A DNA stretch of 24,000 nt from Chlamydia trachomatis (GCA_945875745.1 CAMCLJ010000019.1:4305-28304); one strand, 5' to 3'. Positions 1 through 9,990 are shown, counted from the first letter of the stretch. A program made the numbers and translations. The notes: generated by a model from the letters alone, not told the origin.

Positions 1-157
1 GATTGATATAAAAGCGGCTAAAAAAAAAGTGAAATATCAACTCTTCTTTAATTGTATTGAGGTATAGACCTAAAAAATCTATACCCCATCCAATTAAAAA
101 TAGGCCTAAAAGTTAGTATGTTTATAAACAACAAAACTTCCAGGCACTATATTATCA

Positions 158-1210
158 TTAAAATGTCTTGGTATACGACATAACAAGAGACGCGAAATTA
201 AAGCTATTTCTCCCTGTTACAGAAAACCAAAGGACACCAAATAAACCCGAAGAGCTGTTTATATTGTATTCTATCGATGGAGAAAGGGAAAGCTGGTCAG
301 AAGAGGGAAAGCCCACTACAGCAGGATCGCCTGTTGCATTAAGACCTGTATAGCCATTAAAAGTACTTTTAGCAGAGGCTGTATATGCTATATCCGTGGC
401 AACAACCCACTGCTGATTTAAGCTTACCTCAAATCCTAAGTCGGCACTAAAAGAAGTACCAACTGTCACTTTACCATCTGTATCAGACGCTCCACCATAC
501 GTATTCAACCCCTTGACGTGGGCTTTACCATTAGGCTGAGTATATAAGGTAGCTAGACGCAGAGACATAGGATGCAGTGGAACGGCCCAAAACACCTTAC
601 TAATATTTAACCCTATCTGGGTGACATAAACTCCACCACCACCAATATCAAGACCATATTTTTTAGGATCCAACTCGTTATAGGCACCGACAGGGAATTT
701 TTCCCCTATAATGATACGGAAGTTGGGAATATATGGAGTCTCTTTATAAATCTGGAAACCGAAGTTTATCGGTATGTCACCTAATGCCTGACCAGAGTGT
801 CCATCTTGCCATGCAAAATACCCCTGGGAAGACACGCCCACATCGAGCCAATGGGTAATACCTGCTGAGATGCTCATTAACGGATTGATAACATACATAT
901 TAGGGATGTTGACCGAGTGCCTGTTGCCATCATATGCAGCGTGGTTGACGGTAAAATATACGTATGGCTGTAAGTTAACCTTACCCATGGGCATGTTAAT
1001 GGCTCCACCGGTAATAAGCGGGCCAGTATACCATGGGATAAACATCTCTTTAGCAAGCTGGAAATCGATTTCAATACTATCGAGATCTTTCGCAAGCTCA
1101 GCTGGGGACCTCACCTGCTGATTAGAGGATTCAGCCTTAACCGCGGCCAAATTAACACCATATAAAGCACCAGATAACAACATCGACGATAAAATCAGGC
1201 GATTGAACAT
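158..1210 (-). CDS. Putative exported outer-membrane beta-barrel protein (hypothetical, about 350 aa)
   Basis: Long ORF on the minus strand. The internal Met at 1210 gives a typical signal peptide (MFNRLILSSMLLSGALYGVNLAAVKA). The mature part is rich in Gly and alternating hydrophobic segments and ends in an aromatic residue (SYTKTF), typical of BAM substrates. Confidence 0.72.
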   Translation of the reverse strand: MFNRLILSSMLLSGALYGVNLAAVKAESSNQQVRSPAELAKDLDSIEIDFQLAKEMFIPWYTGPLITGGAINMPMGKVNLQPYVYFTVNHAAYDGNRHSVNIPNMYVINPLMSISAGITHWLDVGVSSQGYFAWQDGHSGQALGDIPINFGFQIYKETPYIPNFRIIIGEKFPVGAYNELDPKKYGLDIGGGGVYVTQIGLNISKVFWAVPLHPMSLRLATLYTQPNGKAHVKGLNTYGGASDTDGKVTVGTSFSADLGFEVSLNQQWVVATDIAYTASAKSTFNGYTGLNATGDPAVVGFPSSDQLSLSPSIEYNINSSSGLFGVLWFSVTGRNSFNFASLVMSYTKTF

Positions 1211-1282
1211 AAAAACCCCAGTCTTGATTAATATATCCACATATTATATATAAAAATTTTTTAATTAAGCAAAGAGATAATC

Positions 1283-1600
1283 ATGGAAATTTCGAGTACT
1301 AATCGCCCACCGGAAGAACCTTCATACCAAAAAGATTTTCACAGAAGTGTTGATCTCTTTGAAAAAAGTTTCAAAGAAGTGGAGAAATCCTCATTTGATG
1401 GACAAAAAAATCAATACGTTGAAGTGATGAAAGACTCATTATCAATCATGCAAGAAGCAGCTAACGGAATGCTAAATAGCCACCTAGCAGAATTAAAAAA
1501 CAAATTATCTGATGACTTAAATACATATCTTGATGATCCGAATAAAGAGCATAAAAACGCGGTAATGAAAGATATCAAAGAAATAAAAAATAGTGATTAA
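1283..1600 (+). CDS. Hypothetical small charged, helical protein (105 aa)
   Basis: ATG start, no overlap with other likely genes, divergent from the upstream barrel gene. Composition is helical and rich in Lys, Glu and Asp. No family recognised. Confidence 0.55.
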   Translation: MEISSTNRPPEEPSYQKDFHRSVDLFEKSFKEVEKSSFDGQKNQYVEVMKDSLSIMQEAANGMLNSHLAELKNKLSDDLNTYLDDPNKEHKNAVMKDIKEIKNSD

Positions 1601-1719
1601 GCCCTTTTGTCTCAGCATAACGTAAGCAGTTTCATCGATACATCAAGTAAGGATCTTAAAACAGGTAACTACACGATGTTCTAATATTTAAGTAATCCTC
1701 CCTATCCAATACTTATGGT

Positions 1720-2217
1720 TTAGAAACCAACCCCTCGATTAAGTAGCACCGAAAAAGATCCAACTAATGTGGTGATCAATAAAATAAAAAAAAGCCAGCG
1801 GTATACAAGACCCTTGCTTCGATAAAAATTGGATGAATCTTGAAGGATTAACAAAACAGCAACACCCACCATTGAGCTGATAAAGACGATGAGAGACCAA
1901 AAGGGTAGACTCCTTCCAAAAATAATAGGCTGAATCTGCTCTGCGCAACAAAACTTCAATAAGTTATGTCGAATAGCTACAGCTGAACCGACTAAAGCCG
2001 ATAATAAGCAAAGCCCTAAACTTCTGCGGTTATCTTCGCTGAGGTTAATCAACAAAGATAAAGCCGCAACCATCATGCCAATCCTTTGCAAATAACATAA
2101 AGCGCAAGGTTTATAGTCTAACACCCATTCGACAAAATACCCTCCCCCTACAACAAGTATCAAAATAAGAAAGAAAGTTATATGGAGTACTAAGTGTAGC
2201 TGTTTCTTCCAAAGCAT
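1720..2217 (-). CDS. dsbB: DsbB-like disulfide bond formation protein
   Basis: About four TM segments, the first periplasmic Cys pair in YKPCALCYLQRIGMM (classical DsbB motif), and a further Cys cluster (FCCAEQIQP). The preferred start is ATG at 2217, with a GAGGTG Shine-Dalgarno sequence. The ORF track starts at GTG 2229. Confidence 0.85.
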   Translation of the reverse strand: MLWKKQLHLVLHITFFLILILVVGGGYFVEWVLDYKPCALCYLQRIGMMVAALSLLINLSEDNRRSLGLCLLSALVGSAVAIRHNLLKFCCAEQIQPIIFGRSLPFWSLIVFISSMVGVAVLLILQDSSNFYRSKGLVYRWLFFILLITTLVGSFSVLLNRGVGF

Positions 2218-2509
2218 TGCAGTTACCACCTCATATTAAGGTGTGAGGTCATATGAAAAATCAGGTTCCATACACAAAAAATCAATATAAGGACTCCGAC
2301 AGCGATCGCCAACTTATAGAAAGAGCGAGCAAGAAAAAAAAGAGCGAGCAATAAAAGAACAAATATAAAAATCATGATTGAAAATTTTTATTAACAATGG
2401 CTAATATATCCGGTTTTTTGATTAAATCCTCAAGCAGCTTTTTGACTTTTGCTCACCTGCTGTGTTAGACTCCCTGGCAGACCTCGAACAATCCAAAGGA
2501 TCGACGCCC

Positions 2510-5140
2510 ATGATTTCTCAAGAAATACGCAGAAATTTTCTCCAATACTTCAAAAATCAAGACCATCATATTATCCCATCATCCTCTGTTGTTCCCCATG
2601 AAGACCCAACGCTTTTATTTACAAACGCAGGGATGAACCAGTTTAAAGACGTCTTTCTTGGAAAAAGTGAAAGAGATTTTACAAAAGCTGCTACCTCTCA
2701 AAAATGCATTCGAGTAGGGGGGAAACACAATGACTTGGACAATGTGGGACATACAACAAGGCATCTAACATTTTTTGAAATGCTTGGAAACTTTTCTTTT
2801 GGAGACTACTTTAAAGAAAAAGCGATTGAATTTGCGTGGCAAGTAACAACTGAAGTTTTTCAGTTTAATCCAGAACAAGTCTGGGTGACTGTCTTTCAAG
2901 AAGATCCAGAAGCGTATGAACTGTGGAGAAAATGGGTCCCTGAAAATAAAATTGTTCTAATGGGAGAAAAAGATAACTTCTGGTCTATGGGCGATACAGG
3001 CCCTTGCGGTCCGTGCTCTGAGCTGTTATTTGACAGAGGAAGTAAATATGGGAATGCATCGTCTCCCAAACATGATTTAACAGGGGAACGTTATCTTGAA
3101 TTTTGGAATCTTGTGTTTATGCAATTCAATAGAGATAGCTCTGGCACACTCACCAACCTGCCTAAACAATCGATTGATACGGGCGCGGGACTCGAAAGAA
3201 TCGCATCGCTTAGAATGAATGTAGATAATGTCTTTGCAACTGATATTTTCAGAAGTTTGATTGCTCAAATCGAAATAGTAACTGGAAAAAGATACAACCC
3301 ACAAGACGTTCATACCGCACCAGCATTCCATGTAATTGCTGATCATATTAGATCGTTATCATTTGCGATTGCAGATGGCGCTCAACCAAGCAATATAGAA
3401 AGAGGCTATGTTCTACGTAAAATCCTCAGAAGAGCTGTACGCTACGGCAAAGTCCTTGATAAACAGGAACCTTTTCTAGCTAAGATACTACCCCGTCTTA
3501 TTGATGTCATGGGTCAAGACTATCCTGAGCTGACCACCTCGGAACATCGAATCGGCGAAATTCTGACTCTTGAAGAAGAATCTTTTTTCAAAACACTCAA
3601 ACGTGGGGGAAACCTCTTGCAACAGGTGTTAGACCAGGCAAAGGAAAGTCCCACTAAACAAATCAGTGGGGAACAGGCTTTTAAGCTTAAAGACACCTAT
3701 GGATTTCCTTTAGAAGAAATTCTACTTCTTGCCAAAGATACAGGGGTGGATGTGAATCTAGAATCGTATGAAATGCTAGAACATCAGGCAAAACAAAAAT
3801 CACGCAGCGCCCAAACAACTCACACCCAAGAAGCAGAGTCCAATCTATTCAAAGATTTTACAGACAAACACGGCAAATCTGTTTTTACAGGCTTCCACTC
3901 CACAGAAGGGGAAGGAACGGTAATCGGCTTAGTACATGAAGGCATGTTTGTCGATGTATTAAAACACGGACAAGAGGGTCTTGTTATCTTAGATAGAACC
4001 CCGTTTTATGCAGAAAAAGGGGGACAGACTGGCGATGTAGGGACTTTAAATCATCGGAGCGCACATTTTATCGTTACTTCATCCACAAGCCCTTACCCTG
4101 ATGTAATTATCCATGCAGGAAAAATGGGTGACGGGGACTTAATTGTAGGTGAGCCGGTTAATGCGCTTGTCGATGTGAAAAGAAGACAAAAAATTGCAAA
4201 CAACCATACAGCTACACACTTACTCCACTATGCACTTGAAAAAGTCTTAGGAGGACATATTAAGCAAGCAGGATCTCTGGTAGAAGAAACCAGGCTCCGT
4301 TTTGATTTTAATCATCACAAATCACTTTCTACCGATGAGCTATTACAAATCGAGCGGATGATCAATGAAAAGATTCGGGACAACCAGAAGGTATCTGATT
4401 ACGAGCTCTCTTACGAAGATGCACAAAAGCGCTCAGATATCAAACAATTCTTCGGAGAAAAATACGGGCGTACAGTACGTGTTGTTGACATGGATTTTTC
4501 TAAAGAACTCTGTGGAGGCACTCATGCAAGTTATACTGGATCAATCGGGTTGCTGCGGATTCAAAAAGAAAGCAGCATCGCATCAGGTGTACGCCGAATT
4601 GAAGCTGTCACAGGAGAAGAAGCTGAAAAGTGGCTTTATAATCAACAGCAAATCTTAGAAGAGGCCTGCTCTCTTTTAAAAACACCCGAAGAGAAATTGA
4701 CTGAAAAACTAAAAACCCTTCTTGCAGAACACAAAGAGATGTCCTTACAAATGAAGGCAGTAAAACGGGCAAATATAAAGACTCTTTCTATGCAAATTGC
4801 AAAAAAGGCAGAACTAATCGGCAATATACTGGTTATTGCAGAAATCATGCCCGTACCCCCAGAAGATTTACCCGTTCTTGTTGAAGATATCATGCAAACC
4901 AAAGAGCCGCTTGTTACGATAGCTGCAACCCAAGCAGAGGGTAGATGTAACCTGATTATCACCTGTTCTGCTGCAGCTATAAAACATGGAGTCCATGCAG
5001 GAAATATCATTAAAGAAATCGCTCCTCTCATCGGTGGTAAAGGAGGAGGGAAAGCTGAAAGTGCTCAAGCAGGAGGGTCAATACCACAGGGCCTTGAAGA
5101 AGCTTTTAAGAAAGCCAAAGGAATAATTAGATCGTTGTGA
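2510..5140 (+). CDS. alaS: Alanyl-tRNA synthetase
   Basis: MISQEIRRNFLQYFKNQDHHIIPSSSVVPHEDPTLLFTNAGMNQFKD N-terminus; editing-domain motif HTATHLLHYAL; C-terminal CGGTHA. ATG at 2510 is preceded by AAAGGA. The ORF track extends to GTG 2462. Confidence 0.97.
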   Translation: MISQEIRRNFLQYFKNQDHHIIPSSSVVPHEDPTLLFTNAGMNQFKDVFLGKSERDFTKAATSQKCIRVGGKHNDLDNVGHTTRHLTFFEMLGNFSFGDYFKEKAIEFAWQVTTEVFQFNPEQVWVTVFQEDPEAYELWRKWVPENKIVLMGEKDNFWSMGDTGPCGPCSELLFDRGSKYGNASSPKHDLTGERYLEFWNLVFMQFNRDSSGTLTNLPKQSIDTGAGLERIASLRMNVDNVFATDIFRSLIAQIEIVTGKRYNPQDVHTAPAFHVIADHIRSLSFAIADGAQPSNIERGYVLRKILRRAVRYGKVLDKQEPFLAKILPRLIDVMGQDYPELTTSEHRIGEILTLEEESFFKTLKRGGNLLQQVLDQAKESPTKQISGEQAFKLKDTYGFPLEEILLLAKDTGVDVNLESYEMLEHQAKQKSRSAQTTHTQEAESNLFKDFTDKHGKSVFTGFHSTEGEGTVIGLVHEGMFVDVLKHGQEGLVILDRTPFYAEKGGQTGDVGTLNHRSAHFIVTSSTSPYPDVIIHAGKMGDGDLIVGEPVNALVDVKRRQKIANNHTATHLLHYALEKVLGGHIKQAGSLVEETRLRFDFNHHKSLSTDELLQIERMINEKIRDNQKVSDYELSYEDAQKRSDIKQFFGEKYGRTVRVVDMDFSKELCGGTHASYTGSIGLLRIQKESSIASGVRRIEAVTGEEAEKWLYNQQQILEEACSLLKTPEEKLTEKLKTLLAEHKEMSLQMKAVKRANIKTLSMQIAKKAELIGNILVIAEIMPVPPEDLPVLVEDIMQTKEPLVTIAATQAEGRCNLIITCSAAAIKHGVHAGNIIKEIAPLIGGKGGGKAESAQAGGSIPQGLEEAFKKAKGIIRSL

Positions 5141-8100
5141 TTAAAAAAATCTTAAAAAGTCCAAGTCTTGATTTTTTTTACCATCAAGCACTGAAAGAGA
5201 GCAGCCTGCTTATAGAAGGTCTATGGGATGCCCCAAAGGCCCTCATTTGCTTACTTGCTGCTCAATCTACAGGTAAGCACATTGTCATCATCTCCGGTTC
5301 TCGAGAAGATAAACTTCTCGACGACCTTACCTATTTTCATCCCTCAGGAGTCCTTGACCTTTTGCCATGGGAGACCCTTCCAGGAGAAGATATACCCCCT
5401 AGCTCAGATATTACAGGCAAACGATTAGAGATCTTACATACACTGGCCCATGACTCATCCCCTAAGATTATTCACTGCTCACTACAAGCCCTTTTGCAAA
5501 GAACAATCCACCCGGATACGATTAAAAAAACATGCCATCAGTGGAAAAAAGGGGACCTCATTCCTTTTGCGAAGCTAAGCGACCTATTGATTAACCTAGG
5601 ATACAAAAAACTGCCTGTCGCCTCTGAAAAAGGGGAATTTGCAGTCCGCGGAGGGATTTTAGATATCTTTCCTATTTCCTCGATAGAGCCCTACCGTTTA
5701 GATTTTTTTGGAGATACCCTGGAGACCATACGAACCTACGATCCGATAGGACAAAAATCGATTAAGCAGGTAGATAAGATTTTTTTAAGTCCCGCATCTG
5801 AGTGGCACTGCCTAAAAGAAGAATCTAATCCATCTTTACTTTGGGACTACCTGGGAAGTAACACGCTGGTAGTCTTTAATGAGCTGCTAAACTTAGAAGA
5901 TCATCATGTAAGCCTGCAAGGATTACCAGGGAGTAAAACACCGTTTTTCTCCTCACTAAACGAACACATGAAAAGAATAGAGGGGCTTCAAAAGATCCTG
6001 TTATCAGAACAACTGGCTGAAGATCTCTCGGTAGTCCAGCTAGAACCAAGAAAAGGCAGAAGCTTTTATTCCGGTAAAGACCCTCTGCAAGGACTCTCTT
6101 TTTCTTTTGCTGGAATAGATTTGCAGACCAAAAGGTGGCGTCACCCCTTCATTGGAATCCATGATTTTTTAGCTCTGCCCGACCAAAAGACAGCAATCCA
6201 GCCGGATGAATTTCTAGCTTCTTTATCAAGACTTGCTAAGTCAGCTGTAGAATTGCATATAATCAGTGGGTCTGAGGCTGAAGAAAAAAAATTAGAGCAG
6301 AGAATTGCTCATCAGGGTGTTATTCTTCCGAAACACACCTGTTTTGATCGAGGCTACTTGACCTCTGGGTTTGTGTTAGAAGATAGTCAACTGATTATCC
6401 TACCGCAAACAGAGATCACCCGCCGTTATAAACCAAGACGTCAACAATGGCGTAGCGCCCATCATACACCAGCCTCCGAGTTTCATGAACTCTGTCCAGG
6501 AGACATCATCGTCCATTTTCATAATGGGATTGGCAAATTTTTAGGTGTTGAAAAAAAACCAAATCACTTAGGAGACCCATCCGAATATTTGGTAATAGAA
6601 TATGCAAGTTCTAGCAAGCTCTTCGTCCCTATTGCACAATCCCACCTAGTTAGCCGTTATATCGGTTCGAGTGAACAGATCCCGACACTGAGCGCTTTGG
6701 GATCCTCCAAATGGATGAAAACATGCATACAGGCACAAACTGCAATCATCGGCTATGCAAAAGAGCTTCTTGAACGGACAGCTCAACGGGAACTTAAGGG
6801 GGGCTTCTCTTTCCTTGCTGATTCAGAAGAGATGGAATTATTTGAAGAAGAATTTCCCTTCGTTGCAACAGAAGACCAACTCAGAGCTGTAGCTGAAATT
6901 AAAAACGACATGATGTCGTCTAAAGCTATGGACCGATTAATTTGCGGTGATGTCGGATACGGGAAAACAGAGGTCGCTATGCGGGCGGCATTTAAAGCTG
7001 TTGTTGATGGAAAAAAACAGGTGGCTGTTTTAGTGCCCACCACACTCCTTGCCGTCCAACATTTTGAAAACTTTAGAGACAGAATGGTAAACTTTCCCAT
7101 TCAAGTAGCTGTTGTATCCCGTTTTATGTCTAATAAAGAAATTAAAGAAACGCTTAAAAAAGTAGCAAGCGGCTCTGTTGATATTTTGATAGGCACTCAC
7201 CGTATTATTAGCGCAGATGTTGTGTTTAAAGACCTAGGACTCATTATTATCGATGAAGAACAACGTTTTGGCGTTCGAGCTAAAGAACACTTAAAAAAAG
7301 CGATCTTAGGAGTAGACTGCTTAACCCTGTCTGCTACTCCTATCCCTAGAACCCTCTATATGTCTCTTATTGGGGCAAAAGAAATTTCGGTAATCAACAC
7401 CCCTCCTCAGGACAGACTGCCTATAAAAAGTGTCTTGGCAGATAGAGACCCCCTTCTGATTCAAAATGCACTTCTTAGAGAACTATCTCGTGATGGGCAG
7501 TCATATTTTATCCACAACAGGGTCGAATCGATCTTTCAGGTAAAGGAAGAACTACAAAAACTACTTCCACAAGCACGGATTGTTGTAGGTCACGGACAAA
7601 TGAGCTCCGATGATATCGATGAGGTCTTTCATTCTTTCAAAAGTGGTATGGCAGATATTTTCGTTGCAACAACGATTGTAGAAAACGGGATAGATATTCC
7701 CAATGCCAATACGATCTTAATCGATAAAGCCGATCAGTTTGGTATGGCAGATCTCTATCAACTAAGGGGCCGTGTTGGGCGCTGGAACAGGCCCGCATAC
7801 GCCTACTTTTTGACAACTAAAGGACAGAGGATGCCCGAGCTCTCCCGTAAAAGGCTCTATGCATTAATCGAGTCGTCAGGGCATGGAGGGGGAATGAAGG
7901 TAGCTATGAGGGATCTAGAAATACGTGGTGCTGGCGATATTCTCGGAGTGCAACAATCTGGTCAAATCTCAGCAATAGGATTTCACCTCTACTGCAAATT
8001 ACTTAAAAAAACAGTTGATGCACTTAAAAAGAAGCAGCCGATCCATTTCCTTGAAACAAAAATCGAAAGCTCTATGGAGGCTAGAATCCCAGATGAATAC

Positions 8101-8427
8101 ATTAACGAACCAAGCCTTCGAATGGAAATCTATCATCGCCTAGGAGAGGCCAGTGGATCTGCAGATGTAAGCTCTCTTTTAGAAGAAATACAGGACCGGT
8201 TTGGACCTGCTCCCGAAAGCGTACTATGGCTGTGCTGCCTTACGAAAATCCGTCTTTTTGCAGCAGCAAAGGCGATATCTTGGATTAAGTTCGACAAGCT
8301 CACCATGAGCTTTGAACAGCAGCAAGGAAAGGACTCTTACAAAAAAACCCTATCGCTGCCTGCCAAGAAAAACCCTGAAGCATTCGAAAAGGCGGTCATC
8401 GATCTACTAGGGAGCAGACCGACCTAA
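5137..8427 (+). CDS. mfd: Transcription-repair coupling factor (Mfd)
   Basis: 1096 aa; CarD-like RNAP-interaction segment (PGDIIVHFHNGIGKFLGVEKK); helicase motifs GDVGYGKTEVAMRAAFKA, DEEQRFGV, LSATPIPRTLYMSL, VVGHGQM, QLRGRVGR. The GTG start overlaps the alaS TGA stop (GTGA). Confidence 0.97.
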   Translation: MIKKILKSPSLDFFYHQALKESSLLIEGLWDAPKALICLLAAQSTGKHIVIISGSREDKLLDDLTYFHPSGVLDLLPWETLPGEDIPPSSDITGKRLEILHTLAHDSSPKIIHCSLQALLQRTIHPDTIKKTCHQWKKGDLIPFAKLSDLLINLGYKKLPVASEKGEFAVRGGILDIFPISSIEPYRLDFFGDTLETIRTYDPIGQKSIKQVDKIFLSPASEWHCLKEESNPSLLWDYLGSNTLVVFNELLNLEDHHVSLQGLPGSKTPFFSSLNEHMKRIEGLQKILLSEQLAEDLSVVQLEPRKGRSFYSGKDPLQGLSFSFAGIDLQTKRWRHPFIGIHDFLALPDQKTAIQPDEFLASLSRLAKSAVELHIISGSEAEEKKLEQRIAHQGVILPKHTCFDRGYLTSGFVLEDSQLIILPQTEITRRYKPRRQQWRSAHHTPASEFHELCPGDIIVHFHNGIGKFLGVEKKPNHLGDPSEYLVIEYASSSKLFVPIAQSHLVSRYIGSSEQIPTLSALGSSKWMKTCIQAQTAIIGYAKELLERTAQRELKGGFSFLADSEEMELFEEEFPFVATEDQLRAVAEIKNDMMSSKAMDRLICGDVGYGKTEVAMRAAFKAVVDGKKQVAVLVPTTLLAVQHFENFRDRMVNFPIQVAVVSRFMSNKEIKETLKKVASGSVDILIGTHRIISADVVFKDLGLIIIDEEQRFGVRAKEHLKKAILGVDCLTLSATPIPRTLYMSLIGAKEISVINTPPQDRLPIKSVLADRDPLLIQNALLRELSRDGQSYFIHNRVESIFQVKEELQKLLPQARIVVGHGQMSSDDIDEVFHSFKSGMADIFVATTIVENGIDIPNANTILIDKADQFGMADLYQLRGRVGRWNRPAYAYFLTTKGQRMPELSRKRLYALIESSGHGGGMKVAMRDLEIRGAGDILGVQQSGQISAIGFHLYCKLLKKTVDALKKKQPIHFLETKIESSMEARIPDEYINEPSLRMEIYHRLGEASGSADVSSLLEEIQDRFGPAPESVLWLCCLTKIRLFAAAKAISWIKFDKLTMSFEQQQGKDSYKKTLSLPAKKNPEAFEKAVIDLLGSRPT

Positions 8428-8438
8428 CCAAATACCCC

Positions 8439-9263
8439 TTATCCTTCTTTAGGAAGCTTTGGGGTGCCAAGACCTATATTTCTATGATAGGAACCCTTAA
8501 CAAGCTGTCCTTGCAGATCAGCTGCGTGTTTCAAAATCTTAACACCTTTTTCTACATGGTCTGCCATGTAAAGGTCATAGACAGATGCCGCACTTTTTTT
8601 AGTTTTTACCCCATCGGCATTTAACGGAAGATCTGAGATAAGAAGAAGGGCTCCGAGGGTAAATTTTCTTTTATAGCTAGCCGCAAATAATGTAGCGCAT
8701 TCCATCTCAATGGCTTGAGCCTTCGTTATTTTGAGTCTGTTTTTAAATTCTTCATTGAACTCCCAAAAGCGCATATTCGTCGTATAAGTAATGCCGATAT
8801 GGTAAGTTGCTTTTTGCTCTTCTAAAACATCTGTAGTAGCTTTTTGCATTAAAAAATTTGCAAGAGCTGGCACATCGGATGGAAAATAAAAGTCTGATGT
8901 CCCCTCTCCTCTAATACTTGCAACAGGAACCAAGTACTCTCCTACCTTATAACGGCGACGCAGGCCGCCACACATACCCAATAACACACTCGATTTAAAA
9001 GGGAGAAAAGAACACAGATCCACAACAAGTGCAGCGGCTGGAGAGCCAATTTTAAAATCTAAAATACTAATTCCTTCATCTGGACAATGAGCCACTTTAA
9101 AGACTGAGCCATCAACAACCGGCACCCCTCGAGTTTTAGCAAAATACTCAACGTACTTAGGGAAATTTGTCAGTAAAAGATTGGGTTGAAACTGACCTAC
9201 ATCGCACCCTGAATATCGCTCTAGAGTCTCTTTTGCAAACTGTTCTTCCTGAATCCCAACCAT
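8439..9263 (-). CDS. amn: AMP nucleosidase
   Basis: Nucleoside phosphorylase-like fold segments (SSVLLGMCGGLRRRYKVGEYLVPVASIRGEG, IEMECATLFAASYKRKFTLGALLLISDLPL) characteristic of Amn. ATG at 9263 preferred; TTG 9272 is an alternative. Confidence 0.88.
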   Translation of the reverse strand: MVGIQEEQFAKETLERYSGCDVGQFQPNLLLTNFPKYVEYFAKTRGVPVVDGSVFKVAHCPDEGISILDFKIGSPAAALVVDLCSFLPFKSSVLLGMCGGLRRRYKVGEYLVPVASIRGEGTSDFYFPSDVPALANFLMQKATTDVLEEQKATYHIGITYTTNMRFWEFNEEFKNRLKITKAQAIEMECATLFAASYKRKFTLGALLLISDLPLNADGVKTKKSAASVYDLYMADHVEKGVKILKHAADLQGQLVKGSYHRNIGLGTPKLPKEG

Positions 9264-9574
9264 TTGATCCAACCTTTTGTTATTCTCTTATCTACATTAG
9301 AACGAATTCTAACCAACTGGCCAACAATAATCAATAAACATCCACGTATGCTTCAAGAAAAAGAAGGGGGTAAATTTTTTTAATAAGTAGGGTGCGAATA
9401 AAGCAGAGAAAACCGCCCTATTGAACTAGCTTTATAGGGCCAGCAAACAAATCCTCTCACGCAAACCTTGGATCAAAAAAGAGAAGTAGGCCTGTCTTTA
9501 TAAGTAAAGCGATCGAGCAGCTCAACTGGTGGTTTCTACGCTTCTAAAGAGATTAACCCTTTTATGAAGAAGGA

Positions 9575-9748
9575 TTAATGTCGATTTGGGCAGCTACCGC
9601 CCATTGGATACCAAGCATTGCATTTGGCACATTGCTTCATATTAGGATAATTGGAACTGTCAGATTTTATATGGCCAGCAATTAAGGTTGAAATCGACCC
9701 AATTGCTAAAAAAATAAAGACTACGACTGTGTAGATTCCAGGTTTCAT
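9575..9748 (-). CDS. Small membrane-anchored CxxC protein (57 aa), not in the supplied ORF track
   Basis: Manual translation of the complement: MKPGIYTVVVFIFLAIGSISTLIAGHIKSDSSNYPNMKQCAKCNAWYPMGGSCPNRH*. Strong SD (TGAGGAGAATAT-ATG), one hydrophobic segment, then C-x2-C-x10-C. Confidence 0.6.
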   Translation of the reverse strand: MKPGIYTVVVFIFLAIGSISTLIAGHIKSDSSNYPNMKQCAKCNAWYPMGGSCPNRH

Positions 9749-9923
9749 ATATTCTCCTCATTTGAAAATCGTTTATTCAAAAGAGAACAGTCTATTCGAT
9801 ATAATTAAAGAGCTTTTCATCTCGATGCAGGATCGGCAATCGAATACGCTGTTTGCAGTCGAATGTAAAAAGGTGTTGGTTCGTGGGCTTGTCAGTTCAG
9901 TATACTTAAATTAATTCTTATCC

Positions 9924-9951
9924 TTGGTCAGCTTATGCCCAATAGTATAAT
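9924..9951 (+). promoter_or_regulatory. Candidate sigma70/66-type promoter for the TyrP-like permease
   Basis: TTGGTC (9924-9929), 16-nt spacer, TATAAT (9946-9951), 39 nt upstream of the ATG at 9991. Confidence 0.5.
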
Positions 9952-9990
9952 TTAGTTTTTTTTTTAACTAATCCAAAATAGGAATAAATT

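Noticed and set aside
61-85. Hairpin GGTATAGA-CCTAAAAAA-TCTATACC considered as a terminator for the 158-1210 gene
   Set aside because: Perfect 8-bp stem, but no T run follows on either strand, so it does not look like an intrinsic terminator. Retained only as an observation.
168-353. Plus-strand ORF opposite the outer-membrane protein gene
   Set aside because: Lies fully antisense to a better supported CDS and has no recognisable motif. The same applies to the other shadow ORFs listed inside alaS, mfd, efp, epmA, htpG, the phosphoesterase, the methyltransferase and the exported protein.
2321-2354. Short direct repeat AGAGCGAGCAA...AGAGCGAGCAA
   Set aside because: Two 10-11 bp copies in purine-rich sequence; too short and simple to indicate an array or mobile element.
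9415-9440. Inverted repeat GCCCTAT...ATAGGGC in the amn-smORF gap considered as tRNA, sRNA or terminator
   Set aside because: Only 7 bp with a 12-nt loop, and a weak TTTT follows on the minus strand. No tRNA-like T-arm or cloverleaf found.
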